Origin: the human T2T-CHM13v2.0 reference genome, Homo sapiens
Length of the DNA stretch: 64,000 nt
Assembly: GCF_009914755.1 (NCBI RefSeq)
Contig: NC_060925.1
Strand: one strand, 5' to 3'
How positions within the stretch are numbered: the stretch's first letter is position 1; each line of letters opens with the position of its first letter. The position numbers and the translations under genes are program-made. The notes beneath the pieces were generated by a model. The model searched no databases, was not told the origin of the DNA, and saw only the letters and a program-made list of their open reading frames with translations. Positions 15,280-29,810 of the stretch are shown here, one piece after another.

Positions 15280-15554
15280 TCTTCTGAATTATAATGCCAT
15301 TTACCTATATTATTGATGGAATTAAAATATATGTAGCCTCGTTGATAAATATCTTTAAATTTATTTTGGTTTTAAAGAATTAGATTGAATTAAACATAAG
15401 ATGTTGTCTCATGCCATTAAGCAGAAAGTGATTTTTTTTTTTACAATTTCAATATCTACATTTTAAAAAATTGATAACATAATTTTACATATTTTGGGGG
15501 GTACACTATGTATAATGATCAAATCAGGGTAATTGAGATAGCCATCACTTCAAA
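15280..15554 (+). repeat. Diverged local duplicate of 13258-13916 (lacking the Alu)
   Basis: Shared blocks tcttctgaattataatgccatttacc, aagaattagattgaattaaacataag, cattttaaaaaattg, aatgatcaaatcagg. Confidence 0.9.
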
Positions 15555-15624
15555 TACTGTGTGCATCAGAGTTGCCTGAGGCACATGTTGAAAATTCACC
15601 TTACTCATCCCTAAAAATCTCTCT

Positions 15625-15660
15625 ACACACACAGACACAAACACACACACACAAACACAC
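15625..15660. repeat. Imperfect (CA)n microsatellite
   Basis: acacacacagacacaaacacacacacacaaacacac. Confidence 0.85.
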
Positions 15661-15746
15661 CCCTATAGTATAGTGGAATTCATTAGGAAAAGTGGGGGAG
15701 GAGTAGTTTGAAGAAGCATATTAAGTACTGTGATGCAGTTTTCTAA

Positions 15747-16074
<328 letters not shown>

Positions 16075-16894
16075 AGCTTATTTTTAAGCATTTGACAAAA
16101 TATTGTTAAATATATTGAGAAACACATGGGTAGAACATAGTACCACTCTAATAACTTACAGTCAGAGCTCAAACAATGCCCATAATATATCCTTTTTCTT
16201 TAAAAAATTGCCCTTTTTCTCACTTTAATGTAATTTTTTTTTCATATTCCTGGTGTGTAGGGTACAAGTTAATATTTTGGGGGAAGTATGACTGCTAAGA
16301 CATTAAGACTTAAAACTATACACCGTGAACAGGACACAAGCATGAATGGAAGCAGATAGTAGAGGCCATATGAAGTTAAAACGAGTAGCATTTCAGACAT
16401 TTAATCTGGTTCTGAGCCAAGATAACTTGTTAAGTAATAGCAATTAGGAGGTACGACTCCACTGGGCCTCTTTTTCAGGGCATGAAATAATCTTTTATTC
16501 ATAATTCTTTTGATACTCCTATATGATAATCTAGGTAGACAGCAACATTTTAGAGATTAAACTGGCACAAGAAAGTTAAATAAGTGTCCTAAGGATACAC
16601 ACAGCATATTAGTAGGGCTGAGTCTAAGTAGATGCAGTAGGCTCAGACGAGCAAAATCTTTTAGTCACCAGTTTGTTTTTTGAGTATAAGTTGAAATATT
16701 AACACTGTATACTAAAACTTAATGATCCTTGCTAAAATTACCTCTTGGTCAGCATATATATCTGATCGAGATCATTAGACAAGACTTCATCTAAGTCAGT
16801 CTGGGGAGAAAAGTCGTTTTTTAGCACCTTGTTCCCTTGATGGTAAAGATTATGATGCCCAAGATAGAATCTTCTTCTTTTCTTGTGCTATCAG

Positions 16895-16968
16895 GATTTC
16901 CAGCAAAGTGTTACTGTGGTCCTCTTTCAAGACGAGAATACCTTAGTCTCAGCAGGAGCTGTGGATGG
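16895..16968 (+). CDS. DTL: DTL exon 8 (74 nt): DFQQSVTVVLFQDENTLVSAGAVD(G)
   Basis: tgctatcag|GAT ... GG|gtaaga; frame continuous. Confidence 0.97.
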
Positions 16969-18306
16969 GTAAGAGTCTATTTCTTTTTTCTTCCGACGAG
17001 ATCTTTTTTATGAGATTGTGATGAGGCAGTCACATAGTCTCATTATAATTGAATGTGTGTGCTTTCAACTGTCAACATAGCAAGTACCCCAACTGAGGAA
17101 AGGAGCTATAGATCACATTGGAAAATACCTAGTTGAAGGACTCTTGCTGGATAATTAAATGAAAGAATACATGTGTCACGCTTAGCACATTGTCTAGCAC
17201 ATAAGAGCAGTGGTAGCTGCTGTTGCTATCTTAGAAAAGAAGCTGGCTGGGTAGCTTGCTTGCCTTATGCAATATAATTTAGTCACTAATTCTCATTTTG
17301 AAGAGTAAAATTTCTGTTACTTTGGGTTTTGTCTTTTTCAGGTTTAAGAATATCCTAAAAGAAGAAATCTGATTCTGGGGATGTAATTGACATTTCTGGG
17401 AGTAATCTAACTAGATTGATGATAGTAAGGTCTAATGACTTTCACATACCTGTCATCCATGATTAGTCTGAATTCTTGGCTTCCAAATAAGTCTGCTCTG
17501 TGATGCTTGTTGATTGTGTTGTAGAATATTAAGTCTATGCAAATGGAGACTCTTTCTTTTTAAGTTTCCTTCCTATTATATCTCTCAAGGCATCCTTCTC
17601 TTAAAATTTTTAATTTAAAAGATGATGGCTTACCAAACTAGGATTTCCATTGTGTCCTCTGGGCACTAAAACCCTCTGAACCAAATTCTCAGGCAGGAAT
17701 GAAGGATTATCTAAAGGTTATTAGTTCTGCTTGTGAATGACTGTGAAAGCTTGCTCTGTTTGTTTCCAAGAATACTGTCATTTCATAGCAGGTCTGTGTT
17801 TTCAAGTTACCTTTATACTAGAAGTAGAGGATTAAGACAATTATCTCAATAGATGAAATGAAAAAATACTTTATTTCACAGAACAATTTGTTTAGATTAT
17901 TTAAAGAGTTATGTATGGAGATATAACCACAGGGACAGAACTTGCTACTTATGATATCAAAAATATATGCAGAATATTAAAGGCTTAGGAAGTGTATTTT
18001 CTAAAAACAATGGAACAATTACTATCGGCACTCAACCTTCATCTTCCTTTTCCGTTCTCTTAGAGTAAACTCCAGTAACCCATCACTGGGTCAAATCACA
18101 TCTGTTTCCGTTCTGTCAGAATTATAAGCCTGATATTGGAGACAACAGTATAAGATACTTTAATTTGTTTCCCAATGAAATATCCTTACTGTACCTAGTT
18201 AATGTGCCAGAGGAGTTAGATTAAAAGTCATTTCACATTTAGTGTAGTTGAAGTTGTTTGGGGTTGGAAGAAGGTCTACAAAATATTTATTTGCCTTGGT
18301 TTTTAG

Positions 18307-18410
18307 GATAATCAAAGTATGGGATTTACGTAAGAATTATACTGCTTATCGACAAGAACCCATAGCATCCAAGTCTTTCCTGTACCCAGGTAGCAGCACT
18401 CGAAAACTTG
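18307..18410 (+). CDS. DTL: DTL exon 9 (104 nt): IIKVWDLRKNYTAYRQEPIASKSFLYPGSSTRKL, with second WDxR motif (R246)
   Basis: ttttag|G ... CTTG|gtaagc; overlaps ORF-track hit 18248..18457. Confidence 0.97.
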
Positions 18411-18681
18411 GTAAGCCTTTAATAGGTCTTTTGGGGGAGATAAGAGTTTTTGTTTAAAAAAAAAAAAAAAGGCTAATTTCCAGTAACATTGATATGAAAA
18501 ATTCTAATATGTGAAGTTCAAAAGATAAAAACTCAGAAGAATGTTTTTGGTTTGTGTATATTTTGGGGACAAAGAATTCTGATGATGATTCTTATGAAAT
18601 GATCTATTTTTGTCTCTACATTTTAACCTCAGATCTACTCACCATCATCAGGACGTGCTAACTTAAGTTTCCTTTTTCCAG

Positions 18682-18786
18682 GATATTCAAGTCTGATTTT
18701 GGATTCCACTGGCTCTACTTTATTTGCTAATTGCACAGACGATAACATCTACATGTTTAATATGACTGGGTTGAAGACTTCTCCAG
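18682..18786 (+). CDS. DTL: DTL exon 10 (105 nt): (G)YSSLILDSTGSTLFANCTDDNIYMFNMTGLKTSP
   Basis: Branch point tgctaac at 18656-18662; ctttttccag|GA ... CCAG|gtaaga. Confidence 0.97.
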
Positions 18787-19565
18787 GTAAGATATTAGTC
18801 ATTCAAATTCTCTTACCAGGAAAGCATTATGGGCTTTTTTTGGTAATGATAATTTAATGGGCTTTCTTCTAAACTGAACTTATTAAGCCATATGAGGACT
18901 TTGGCATCTTTGATTACATCCAGTGATAATTTCATAAGTGTACATTCCTTGTGATGATTTCATAAGTTAGCTGAATTGTGCTTTACATGGTGACTTTATT
19001 TTAATAGAGAGTATCTCCTGAAATTATGCCCTTTGGCCTATATTTAGAATTCTCTCAATTTTTTATTTAATAAGCTGTGGAGTAGATAAAGTGCTTCTGC
19101 TCAGCTTTTTTCCTCTTTAGGGGCTGCTGGTTAAAATTAGGGGGCTGAAATTTTCATACCCCCAAAATAGTTTCAGCCTATCTCAGCCTTCTCCTTAATG
19201 TTAGAGGCCCTTTTATTTCTAGATGTTTTCCCCAGCCTCACCTTTTTTTTTTCCTCAAAACTTTAAAAATAGAATCTGATACTTAAAACTAATAAATAAA
19301 TGATAGTTTTAAAAAGAAAACCCAAGTTTCTCAAGCATGCTTTCCTCTTTTTTTTAATCCTCTCCCCTCCCTCTTCCAAATCACCAGCCTCAGGCATGCT
19401 TTAAGAGAGTTATTTGGGTTACATTATTTTTAAGAACATCAATTTCTTAAGCAACATCTTAGTAGCCTGGTTATTCCTCATCTATAGATCTTTCAAAAAC
19501 ACTTTGAATTCCATAACCAATCCTCAGAGTTACCCAGTTTCCACTAAAGTAAAAAGTGCTGATAA

Positions 19566-19926
<361 letters not shown>

Positions 19927-20420
19927 CAGAACTTGTCATTTTAGCTGAGATCTTACAGAATTTTCCAAAGATCACCCCAAGCAATCTTATTAGGACTTTA
20001 GTATCGGTGGCAGCATCATAGTCTGCATTTCTGATACTTTGCACTGGGTCTAGTTTTCTCTAAACAGGAGCAATAGTATTTAGAAAAGGGAAGAGGTGTT
20101 TCTTTTGCTATTTTCCTTAATGGAATCTGAGCTTGGAGAGCTGCTAATTTAGTTAGTCAAATAAAATAGACTTTTCAACATCTTTCCTTGAAAGATAAAG
20201 CGTGATCCTGATTATATTATCAGATGTACAAGAGCTCTTTCTATATAATTTTTGCTACAGTGTGGCACTGAAAAGGTCCTTGAGTTTAGTGTCCTGCTGT
20301 CCAACACTTCGCTAATAATTTAGTAAACCTTTTCTGTGCTTCTATTTAATTTCATTTGCGCAGATGGATAGATAGGTAGATAGGTTAATAGATCGATTTA
20401 TTCCTTAAAAATTGAATGAC

Positions 20421-20701
20421 AGCTGGCCATGGTGGCTCACACCTATAAACCCAAGCCGAGGCTGGCAGATCACTTGAGCCCAGGAGTTCGAGACCAGCCT
20501 GGGCAACATGGTGAAACCTCATCTTGACAAAAAGATGCAAAAAATTAGCTGGATGTGGTGGCATGCACCTGTAGTCCTGCTACTTGGAAGGCTGAGGTAG
20601 GAGGATTGTTTGAGCCTGGGAGGTTTGAGTCTTCAGTGAGCCATGATCTTGCCACTGCACTCCAGCCTGGGTGACAGAGTAAGACCCTGTCTCAAAAAAA
20701 A
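20421..20701 (+). mobile_element. AluJ, followed by (TG)n at 20718-20735
   Basis: TSD aaaa(t/c)tgaatgac. Confidence 0.9.
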
Positions 20702-22184
20702 AAAACTGAATGACAACTGTGTGTGTGTGTGTGTGTAACGTCTTGTAATTACTTGTCCTTTTCAAAACTTCTGAATCGATCTTGGATTCGATACTTGATC
20801 TACCATGCTTTGTATTATGGTGTTTATATGTTCATAAGGATGACTTGGTTGGAAGTACTTGAAAAGCCCAGATCACCAAAGCAAGATTAAATTGAGCTCA
20901 TTAAAGCCAACATACATTTTAGGAGGATTTTTAGCAAGGTTTAAACATTTACAGTGCATATCATACCAGCCTTTCTTAGACCAGCAGAGGGCAATAAATA
21001 CTTACAGGTGTAGTGGGAAATTCAGGCTAGAGTTTTCCATTCATAGTTGAGAGTTGAGGAAGATTAAAAATTACAGTTTTAGAACAATGTTCAGAATAAA
21101 GGAGCTTGTTTATTTTGCAGTGATAATAGGTGTATACAAATTGATTCATATCCTGCCTCACTTTCACAGTAAAAATGTCTGATGTGAGGAGTATTTGCTA
21201 TGCCTGCATAGCTTTTTCCTTTAAAGCTATAAATACAAAGTTCTTTTCCAGCTTTATTCTAGAAAATGGAAGAGATTCCTGTGAGCACTTATGGGAAGCT
21301 GTTAAGTCCCCTACTAATACTTTTCTCTCTGGAGTGTGATTGTTTTTTCCTGCCTAAAGGTATCCTTAAATTCTCCAATAATTGAGATTTTTCTCTTGTA
21401 TTTCCTAGTAGTGTTCTGATGTCAGAGGCCTCAGGTTTTGACCTTCTTAGGATAGAAGAACCTGTTAAGAACATATGCTAGATTGGGTTACCTGCCCTTT
21501 TGCCATTGAGAGTGAGAAGGCTAAACCTAATCTAGTGCCTTACATATAAACAGTTTACTCCACTAGCTCTTCCACCATTCAGTCTACTCAAAGTGCTGGA
21601 TTAAAATGATTCTCACATCCCACATAAGCTATTAGTAAGTTTTAACCAGAACTCAAATGATACTTTTCACTGATTTTTTTTTTTCCTTTTCATGGAACAA
21701 ATGTTTGAGGATCTACTCTGTTCAAAGCACTATAAAGTCTAGTGAGGAAAAAGTAAGATATAAAATTTATCCTCAAGAGGCCTGAAGTCTAAGGGGAAAT
21801 TAGATGAATATATTATGCAGTGGAAAAAATCCTACCCTGGGCTGGAGAGAGAGGGTCTTATAAAGGCATTTTACTGCAAGTTGGACATTGGCTGGATTCT
21901 TTTTTTAAGGAATGTTTTCCCTCCAATTTTTTTCTCTTGATATTGCCATTTTCGTACCAAGTACTCAGACTGAGTTCATGAGATTGGATCTAATATAAAG
22001 CTTCCTTCTAGGGTTTTGTTTTTCTGCCAATGTCTAGTTCCCTTGTATTTGATGGATAAAGCTAGATCATCTGCTTCAATAGGCAATACAGTGATAAAAC
22101 TTGTTAGAATATATATGCTGTCTATATCCATTTGACCACTAGAAATAACAAGAGCCAAGTAATTTGGTTTTTTTCCTCTGGCAG

Positions 22185-22297
22185 TGGCTATTTTCAATGG
22201 ACACCAGAACTCTACCTTTTATGTAAAATCCAGCCTTAGTCCAGATGACCAGTTTTTAGTCAGTGGCTCAAGTGATGAAGCTGCCTACATATGGAAG
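22185..22297 (+). CDS. DTL: DTL exon 11 (113 nt): (V)AIFNGHQNSTFYVKSSLSPDDQFLVSGSSDEAAYIWK (WD40 repeat)
   Basis: cctctggcag|TG ... AAG|gtaagt; GH...WK WD40 pattern. Confidence 0.97.
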
Positions 22298-22829
22298 GTA
22301 AGTTGCTAAACTTCACCCACAAGTGTTAGACTGAAGTATTCTTGCAAATATTTGTTCTGTCCAATATGAGATAAGTTTAATGTAACCACGTGCTATACTA
22401 TTCCTGCATCAGATATTTAGTAAAGGTTGCTCTTGGCTCTTAATATAGCTGAAACCTTACTCTACTACAGAATGTATGACACTTTCAGGGCCATAGCTTG
22501 TCAGAAATTGACAATTTGTATCCTCTGTTTCAAAAATTATTAGGAAATTGAGAATTCAGAGGGTGATAAGAACCTTAACTACTTTGTCCTGCATCCTGGA
22601 AAACATGCTATACTGACTTTCTGCCCTATGTTTTCAAACTCTCGTTCAGAATACAGTATTTTGATCCCTAGGATCCTGTGCTTGAATCACCCATGGAGCC
22701 TTGCACAAAACAGAAACTCAAAAATATTTTTATGATTAATTTATTCTTTATTCTCTCCTTACAAGTAGCTGATCTTCAGGCCACTAAAGTAGATATGGCT
22801 GCTTTATCAGATTTTTATATATTTAATAG

Positions 22830-23147
<318 letters not shown>

Positions 23148-25789
23148 AATAATCTTTTAAATAACTTTTTTAATAACAGTAGTTCTAAAGTGTCTACTGT
23201 AAGCTAAGAAATTTAAAGCTGTCCATTTGAAGTCCAGTGGAGAAAATAAAAATGTTAGACAACAGGTAGCACTTGCTTATTACTGAAAAATGTCTCTTGA
23301 AGGAATAATTAATTATGGAAATGTTCTGGGAATTCAGAGAATGATCATTAAGGCATTGTTTACCCATGACTAAGAATTAATTATCTTCTAGATTTCCCTG
23401 TAACTTCATAAATGTCTTTGACATTGGTGAATTGAATGATTAGAGTTCACATATTTTGGGTTTTAAAGTCATAATGTCTAAAACTTCATAGATCCCATAG
23501 TTCCGATAGTATCAAATCCCTTCTCAAGAGAAAGTTATATCATTTTTTATCCTGCCAAGCTCTAGAAAGTAATATTGCTAATTTTTTTTAGGACAGGGGT
23601 AAAACCTGTTTAGTATGAAGCATAATTCTTCAGCTTAATTTCTTCCAATCCTGAGGGAAGTACAAAAGAAAAGTGATTTCTATATAACTGGAGTTGCGAA
23701 AATGCAACACTACTTTATTAAAATTTTACTAACAATATCCTAAATAGTCACAGGGTGGAAATATTGCTCTATCCAAGATGCTTCTATGTTGGGCCTGCCT
23801 TTTTCTACAAGCATATTTCTTTCTTTTGTTATATTTTTAAATGCCTATAAAGTATATACTTGACTCCATCACAAGATGGAGTTTCCTCTTTATAATATTC
23901 TTCTTACTTGAGATTTTAAGTTTAACAATGTTATGTCGCTGGCACTAATGCTCTGTCTTATATTTAAAATTTTCAGTTTCAAATTTGGTCTTAATGCTTA
24001 TTTTGCTACCTTTTTCCTTTCTTCTTTGCTCACTGTCTTGCCTATGTTTCCTTCTCCACTTTGGCTCCCAACTTAACTAGAGGATTTTATTCCTACCACA
24101 GGTCTGTATCTTTTAAGGTTTGTTTCTTGTTAAAAAAAAAATTTTTTTTTCCAACATCACAAAAAGCATATAAGAATAATTCAAAAAATACTTATGTATT
24201 GATCATTCTTGTTAAATTATTAAGTTTTAATTATAGGTACATAATTATATATACAATTACATGTGTGTTGTATAGTTTCTTGATAGTTTTTAAATTCTTA
24301 ATAAATTTTTAAATTATATATATACATAATTATGTGTATAATTATATATTATGTGTATCTTGTGTAAAGTTTTCTTGACAATTGTTAAAGTTCCTTCCTC
24401 TTCTCTAGTGCAAAGGCCTTTTTAAAATTTTGTTTCAGGGAATGAAGGTTGTGGGAATACTTGCCTTTAAAGATATACACTAAATATAGTTGGCCATTGT
24501 TTCTAAGCCATTTTCAGACAACCAATCAGTGTCTACCACATACAAGGGTTACCCTTTTTTAATTCCTAGGCTGGGTCACATGTCAGTGTTGAATGACGTG
24601 GTTCAGACGTGATGTTCTTCTGCCTGTCCACACATAACTCGGTGTACAGGCTCTGATATTTGAGATCCTGGCAAGCTTGCACCTCCTAAATTTGAATTTG
24701 CCTAGTGAGGTGGCTCAGTTTCTCTTTTCCATGATTAAAAAAAGGAGGAGTGGTATTTTAAGAGCAATTCCATTCAAGCTGAGTATCCAGGCTGTTAGAT
24801 TGCTCTTCTACGTGTTCAAAAAGTCAGAATTCTCTTAAGTATTAGAATTTTTTCTATGCTAAAAAGCCAAAAGCCCATGGGCACAAGAAAACAAAATAGA
24901 AGGGAGTTTTGTATCTTAAGACAGAAGAGAATGGCCTCTTAATCCTCACTACTGCCCAGCAAAGAGGAAATATAATATATTCGGGCTGATATTGAGGCCC
25001 AAGACTTAAAAAGATTTAATATTATACCTTTTCTTTTTAATTTCCTAACTATTGTCTCACCCCCACCCCATCCTCTTTTCTCTGGTTTGTTTCTGATATA
25101 GCCACTGAATAGCATCGAAGTGGTTATAAATAAACTGATTTGGCATAGTCATTCTACCACTGACTGGTGAAACGTTGAGCCTGACACTTTAGGAAGTGTA
25201 AATGATCTCATGGCAGAAATAAAGATTAGACTTGGTTTCCAACTGGGCAGAGAAGAGATTTTGTGAGGAAAAGTGCTGATATTCTTTGTATGTTTCAGTA
25301 CACAAAATAACTTTATGACATCTGTAAGTTAGAGCCACTTACTTCTAGAGGTACCTTCTTAGTTCTAGGAGATTTAACTTTGGGATTCCTTGTGCCTTGA
25401 ATTAAAGTCTTTATTTTACAAAAAGTAGAATATGTAAGAGAGGACAGTCTTCTGTGTCTGAGCATCTCCAAAATGCATGGATATAAATGTCTCTTAGACT
25501 TAATAGTCGCCTTCCTACTTAAAAGGGAAAGGAAGCTTTAAAAAATGAAGTTACGTAATTATGATAGTGTTCTTATAATAATGTAGGGACAATAAATAAA
25601 AATTTATTTGAATAAAAATGAAGGATTTAAAAGCCACCTGAATCTCATTAGAAGGAATGAATCTTTCTTGAAGTAGTCATACTATACCCTAGGATAGTCC
25701 TAAACTATCAAAGCATAAAAGTTCATAAAAACGTGTTAGACATTAGTTTCTCATTTTAACCCATAACACGCCCTTCCTCCCATTTTTCC

Positions 25790-26370
25790 TTATTCAGATA
25801 GAATTCATATAACATATAATTCACCATTTTAGTCATTTTAAAGTTTACAATGGAGTAGTTACTATTGTAATCACAGTGTTGTACCAACATCACCACTATC
25901 TAATTCCCAAACATCATCACACCAGAAAAAAACCCGTGTCCTTTAACAGTCACTCTCTAATCCCCTCTTCCTCCCCAACACCTGCTAAACTACATTCAGT
26001 CTCTATGGATTTGCTATTCTAGACATTTCATATAAATGGAATCATACAAAATCAGCATTTTGTGTGTGACGTCTTTTACTTAGCATAATATCGAGGTTCA
26101 TCCATGTTATAGCATGTGTCAGTACTTACTCCTTTTTATGACTGAATAATATGCCATTGTGTGGATAGACCACATTTTGTTTATTCATTCATCAGTTGAT
26201 GGACATTTGAGCTGTTTCCATTTTTTGACATGAATAAAGCTGCTGTGAACATTTGTGTATAAGTTCTTGTTTAACATAGGTTTTTAATTCTCCTGGGAGT
26301 GTAGGAACAGAATTCGATTCCTAAGAATAGAATTGCTGGGTCATATAATTGTTTAACTTTCTGAGGAAAC
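25790..26370 (-). mobile_element. L1MB-type 3' fragment
   Basis: ggatttgctattctagacatttcatataaatggaatcataca...tcagttgatggacatttg. Confidence 0.7.
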
Positions 26371-27694
26371 TTCCCCCCACTTTTAATGCTATGTAAAGTG
26401 CCTGGCTTAGACTTTTACTGTCGTCATTGATACCTTGTTAACGTATTCCAAAATGTTTTTCTAATGGGTCTCTTTCTTTTTTCTCTGAAACCCTATAGAT
26501 AAATGCAAAAATGTGCATATATTCTATTGGTGGGTATTTAGGGGGTTTTTTGAAACTTATTTTAACCCTTGGTGTACACATTTAGGTTCTCCTAGGTATT
26601 ATAATACAGAAACTGAGAAAGGACCAATATCATGAAATTAAAAGCTATAGGCAATAAGCAGGGTGAATCAATGGAAGACAATAATGTATTTCTACCAGGG
26701 ATGCTCAGTAGGACTTGAGGATTTCCTCTCCCTTCTAATTTGCTGCTACCAGACCTGTTTGGACCTTGGGTGAAGAGAAACTTAATCGACTGGGGCCATC
26801 CCAAACAGAGGAGGAAAGGAAAATTTCTGTGACTACTGGGATAGTTAGAGACGATCTTCAAAGTCTTTTCTAAAATATGTTACATTGTGAAAGAATGAAT
26901 TATCTCTGTGCCATTGTAGGAGTAGGCAGTAAGTGAGATTCCTGTAGATGTGGAAAAAGCTTCCTTTCTGATAAATTTTAATTAACTCTGCAAGACAAGT
27001 TAGACTCTGCTCTTTGTCTTCTTTTGCTTTTTTAATTATTGCATATGTACCATTTAAGCCAAGAGAGGAGTATTAATGATTGAGTTGAATAACCTTATCA
27101 GTCAGTGTGTCAGATCTCTTAACCATAATCTGGGGGAATCTATTAAGTTTACTTAGTCATTCTCACAAATAATCATTCCAGAGTCACCTCCACTTTCTTC
27201 ATACAAATGAGCCATGATTCAGAGCCTCAGGAAAATGAAAAGAGAATAACTTCTCTCAGCCCCAACCTCCTTGCTCTTTTGAAACACACATGCTAATAAT
27301 AGTTATGTGTGTTTGTACTCGTTATTGTGCTGATTAATTCCCATGGCCTATGAAAGAGATTGACATCTCTTGAATGAGTCAGCTGTATGATGCTGTCAAA
27401 TGTACATAACTGGTGGCATCTGATGATGGAAAAATATGATTCTTAGTCACATGTACAGGACAGTACAATGTGACCCTTCTTTCTGCATTAAAATATATTA
27501 AAATGCGAGTGACACTTACTTGAAAATTCAAAACTTCTCTCAGAAAATTAACTGAAATATAGTTTTAGAGGAAAAAAATGTTTTTCAGAAAGGATACCAA
27601 AGTGCCATGTAAAATATAGTTTATACCCCTTCAGAATGAAGGTTATCCAACTCAAAATGAAGGAGTATAACTTTGGGTTTTGTAAAAGTTAGTG

Positions 27695-27767
27695 ACCAGC
27701 TCTGTTGGGACAAGAGGACGGTCTTCTTTTGGAAGGAAGACCATCATCTTGTCCGAAGAGAGCTGGT
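27695..27767 (+). ncRNA. MIR3122: Intronic miRNA hairpin MIR3122 (mature 5p about 27704-27725, GUUGGGACAAGAGGACGGUCUU)
   Basis: 73-nt hairpin: accagctct/agagctggt terminal stem, ggacaaga/tcttgtcc and ggtcttc/gaagacc inner stems; recognised as pre-mir-3122 in DTL intron 11. Confidence 0.9.
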
Positions 27768-28253
27768 AGCATGTTTCAGAAATCTTCAGGTTTCACAGTT
27801 AATTTAGTGTTCCTAGAAGTAGCTGACTAGGGATCTGAAGATGTATATGCTGTGTAAAAACAGGACTGAGTTGTCGAGTTGACTACTTAAGGATGGATAA
27901 CATCCTTCCAGAAAGTTTACCACCTAAGGAATAAGGGACAATGCCAGTCTTGAATTTTAGTCAAAATATATATGGCTAGGTTGTCCTGATATGAAATAAG
28001 GACTATCCTTGTGTGTAAGCTCATGTTATTTACTTATTTTGACTGTTTTCATTGTGTTTTCTCAGATTAGTAACAGAAATATTTCATTGCCCATTGGAAA
28101 TCTGTTGTTTTTTTTTCCTAACTATAGCTAGGCAGGTCTAGTGGCCTTTGGTAACAATCCTAAAGCTCTCTAAGACACACTTCTGAATTCAAAGGCCTCT
28201 ATCTGGGAAATCTAATATTGCTTTGCTGACTTGTTTGTTTTTGATTGGACTAG

Positions 28254-28343
28254 GTCTCCACACCCTGGCAACCTCCTACTGTGCTCCTGGGTCATTCTCA
28301 AGAGGTCACGTCTGTGTGCTGGTGTCCATCTGACTTCACAAAG
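28254..28343 (+). CDS. DTL: DTL exon 12 (90 nt): VSTPWQPPTVLLGHSQEVTSVCWCPSDFTK
   Basis: ggactag|GTC ... AAG|gtttgt; frame continuous. Confidence 0.96.
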
Positions 28344-29609
28344 GTTTGTAAATGAATCTCTATAGTTGGTTTAAAATGTAGATCACAGGTTTGTAGGTTT
28401 TTCTAAGGTTTGTTTTGAGAATGATATAAATTTTTATGTTTAAGTTGAGATTTTAAAGACCTAAAGGCCATCCAGGATCTATATTCACATTACTCAGGCA
28501 TATTCTGCTTTTCTCTACCCATACCATAATGGTATTATGCCCTGTGAAATAAGGATAGATTTCTGGTTCCCTACAGTTATTTCTTTCCTAAATGTAGGAT
28601 TAAGTTGTTAACTTAATTAAAATTTTCTATTAAAATCTAAGATAAAAATACAATCTAAGGTGAGAACTAGTCTTTTTTACTTTTTAGATATTATCAATGT
28701 AGTATATTAAAGGTAACATCTTGACAGCCCAATTTGGGTTTTCACATATGGCTAACAAAATGGTAACTGTGAAGTCTTAACATGTTAGGTTATCTATTGC
28801 TTAAACTATGTAAGTAGGTCTGAAATGTTTTAGATACTCCAGAAAGAAGACAATATGCCCACCTTTTAATTTTTTTATAGTGACACTTTAAGAAACAAAA
28901 AAACCCTAAAATGTAGAAAGGCCAGAAACATTAAAAACTATGTATCTATTGGAATTGCATATAATAGTAGCTCAAGTTCCAGTCATTCTCCCAAACCCCA
29001 TTGCCTCTGGTCTTTGAGTTATTCTGGGTTCTACAGGAAATCTTATTTCTGTGGAGGTCTCCCCTTTCACGTATGACGTTTTGAGGTTTTGTTGCCTATT
29101 GTTCCCATCTGTTTTTTATCTTCCAGAAACTTCTCATGGTCTGGTCTATTTGTGGCATCCCTGCTAGCTTCCAGTATTGCTGTGGATTTCTCCTTATTGT
29201 TACCATTTCTGTGCTCAACTTCATGGCAGACCTTTTCTTTTTTTTTAAGTCATTACTTTAATCACCCAAAATTACATATTAATGATATTTTTTCCTCTGA
29301 GATTCCATGTAATTTCTTTTAACATGGAGGGTTGCATCTTCATGGGACTTACTAAGTTGAATGATTTTTGAATTATTCAGTTAATTATGTTATCTTTTTT
29401 TCAATTGTCATATATTATCCTTACCCCTATGCATCTCAAACATCATATATTAATTATCCTTATTTCCTGTGCTCAAAGGAAATAGCAGGGCTGTTTACCT
29501 ATACTAATTTATTGGCTACTTTTTTAAGTCTTAAAAATAATTTCATCCCAAGCCTAGAATTAGGAAAGTAAAATATGGTTTGTGTTGTTTTTGTGTTTTT
29601 AATGTCTGG

Positions 29610-29810
29610 CATTTGGAATAGGAGAAAGCTGGGTTTAAATTCTAGCTCTTCCATTTGATTGTGGTTACTTTGGGCAAATAACTTTATTCCCATTTTGCAT
29701 ATGAGATTATTTGAGTACAAAGCTTTTAGAGTGTGAGAATTAAATAAGATAAAGAATGTAAACTACCAGACACATAGTAGGTGCTCTGCAAATAACTATT
29801 GTTAATAAAC
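29610..29810 (+). mobile_element. MIR relic
   Basis: ctgggtttaaattctagctcttcc...ttgggcaaataactt...cacatagtaggtgctc. Confidence 0.65.

Noticed and set aside
18577-18653. C/D-box snoRNA in intron 9 (ATGATGA plus terminal stem)
   Set aside because: No downstream CTGA D box on the + strand, and the C-box-like motif is itself part of the stem.
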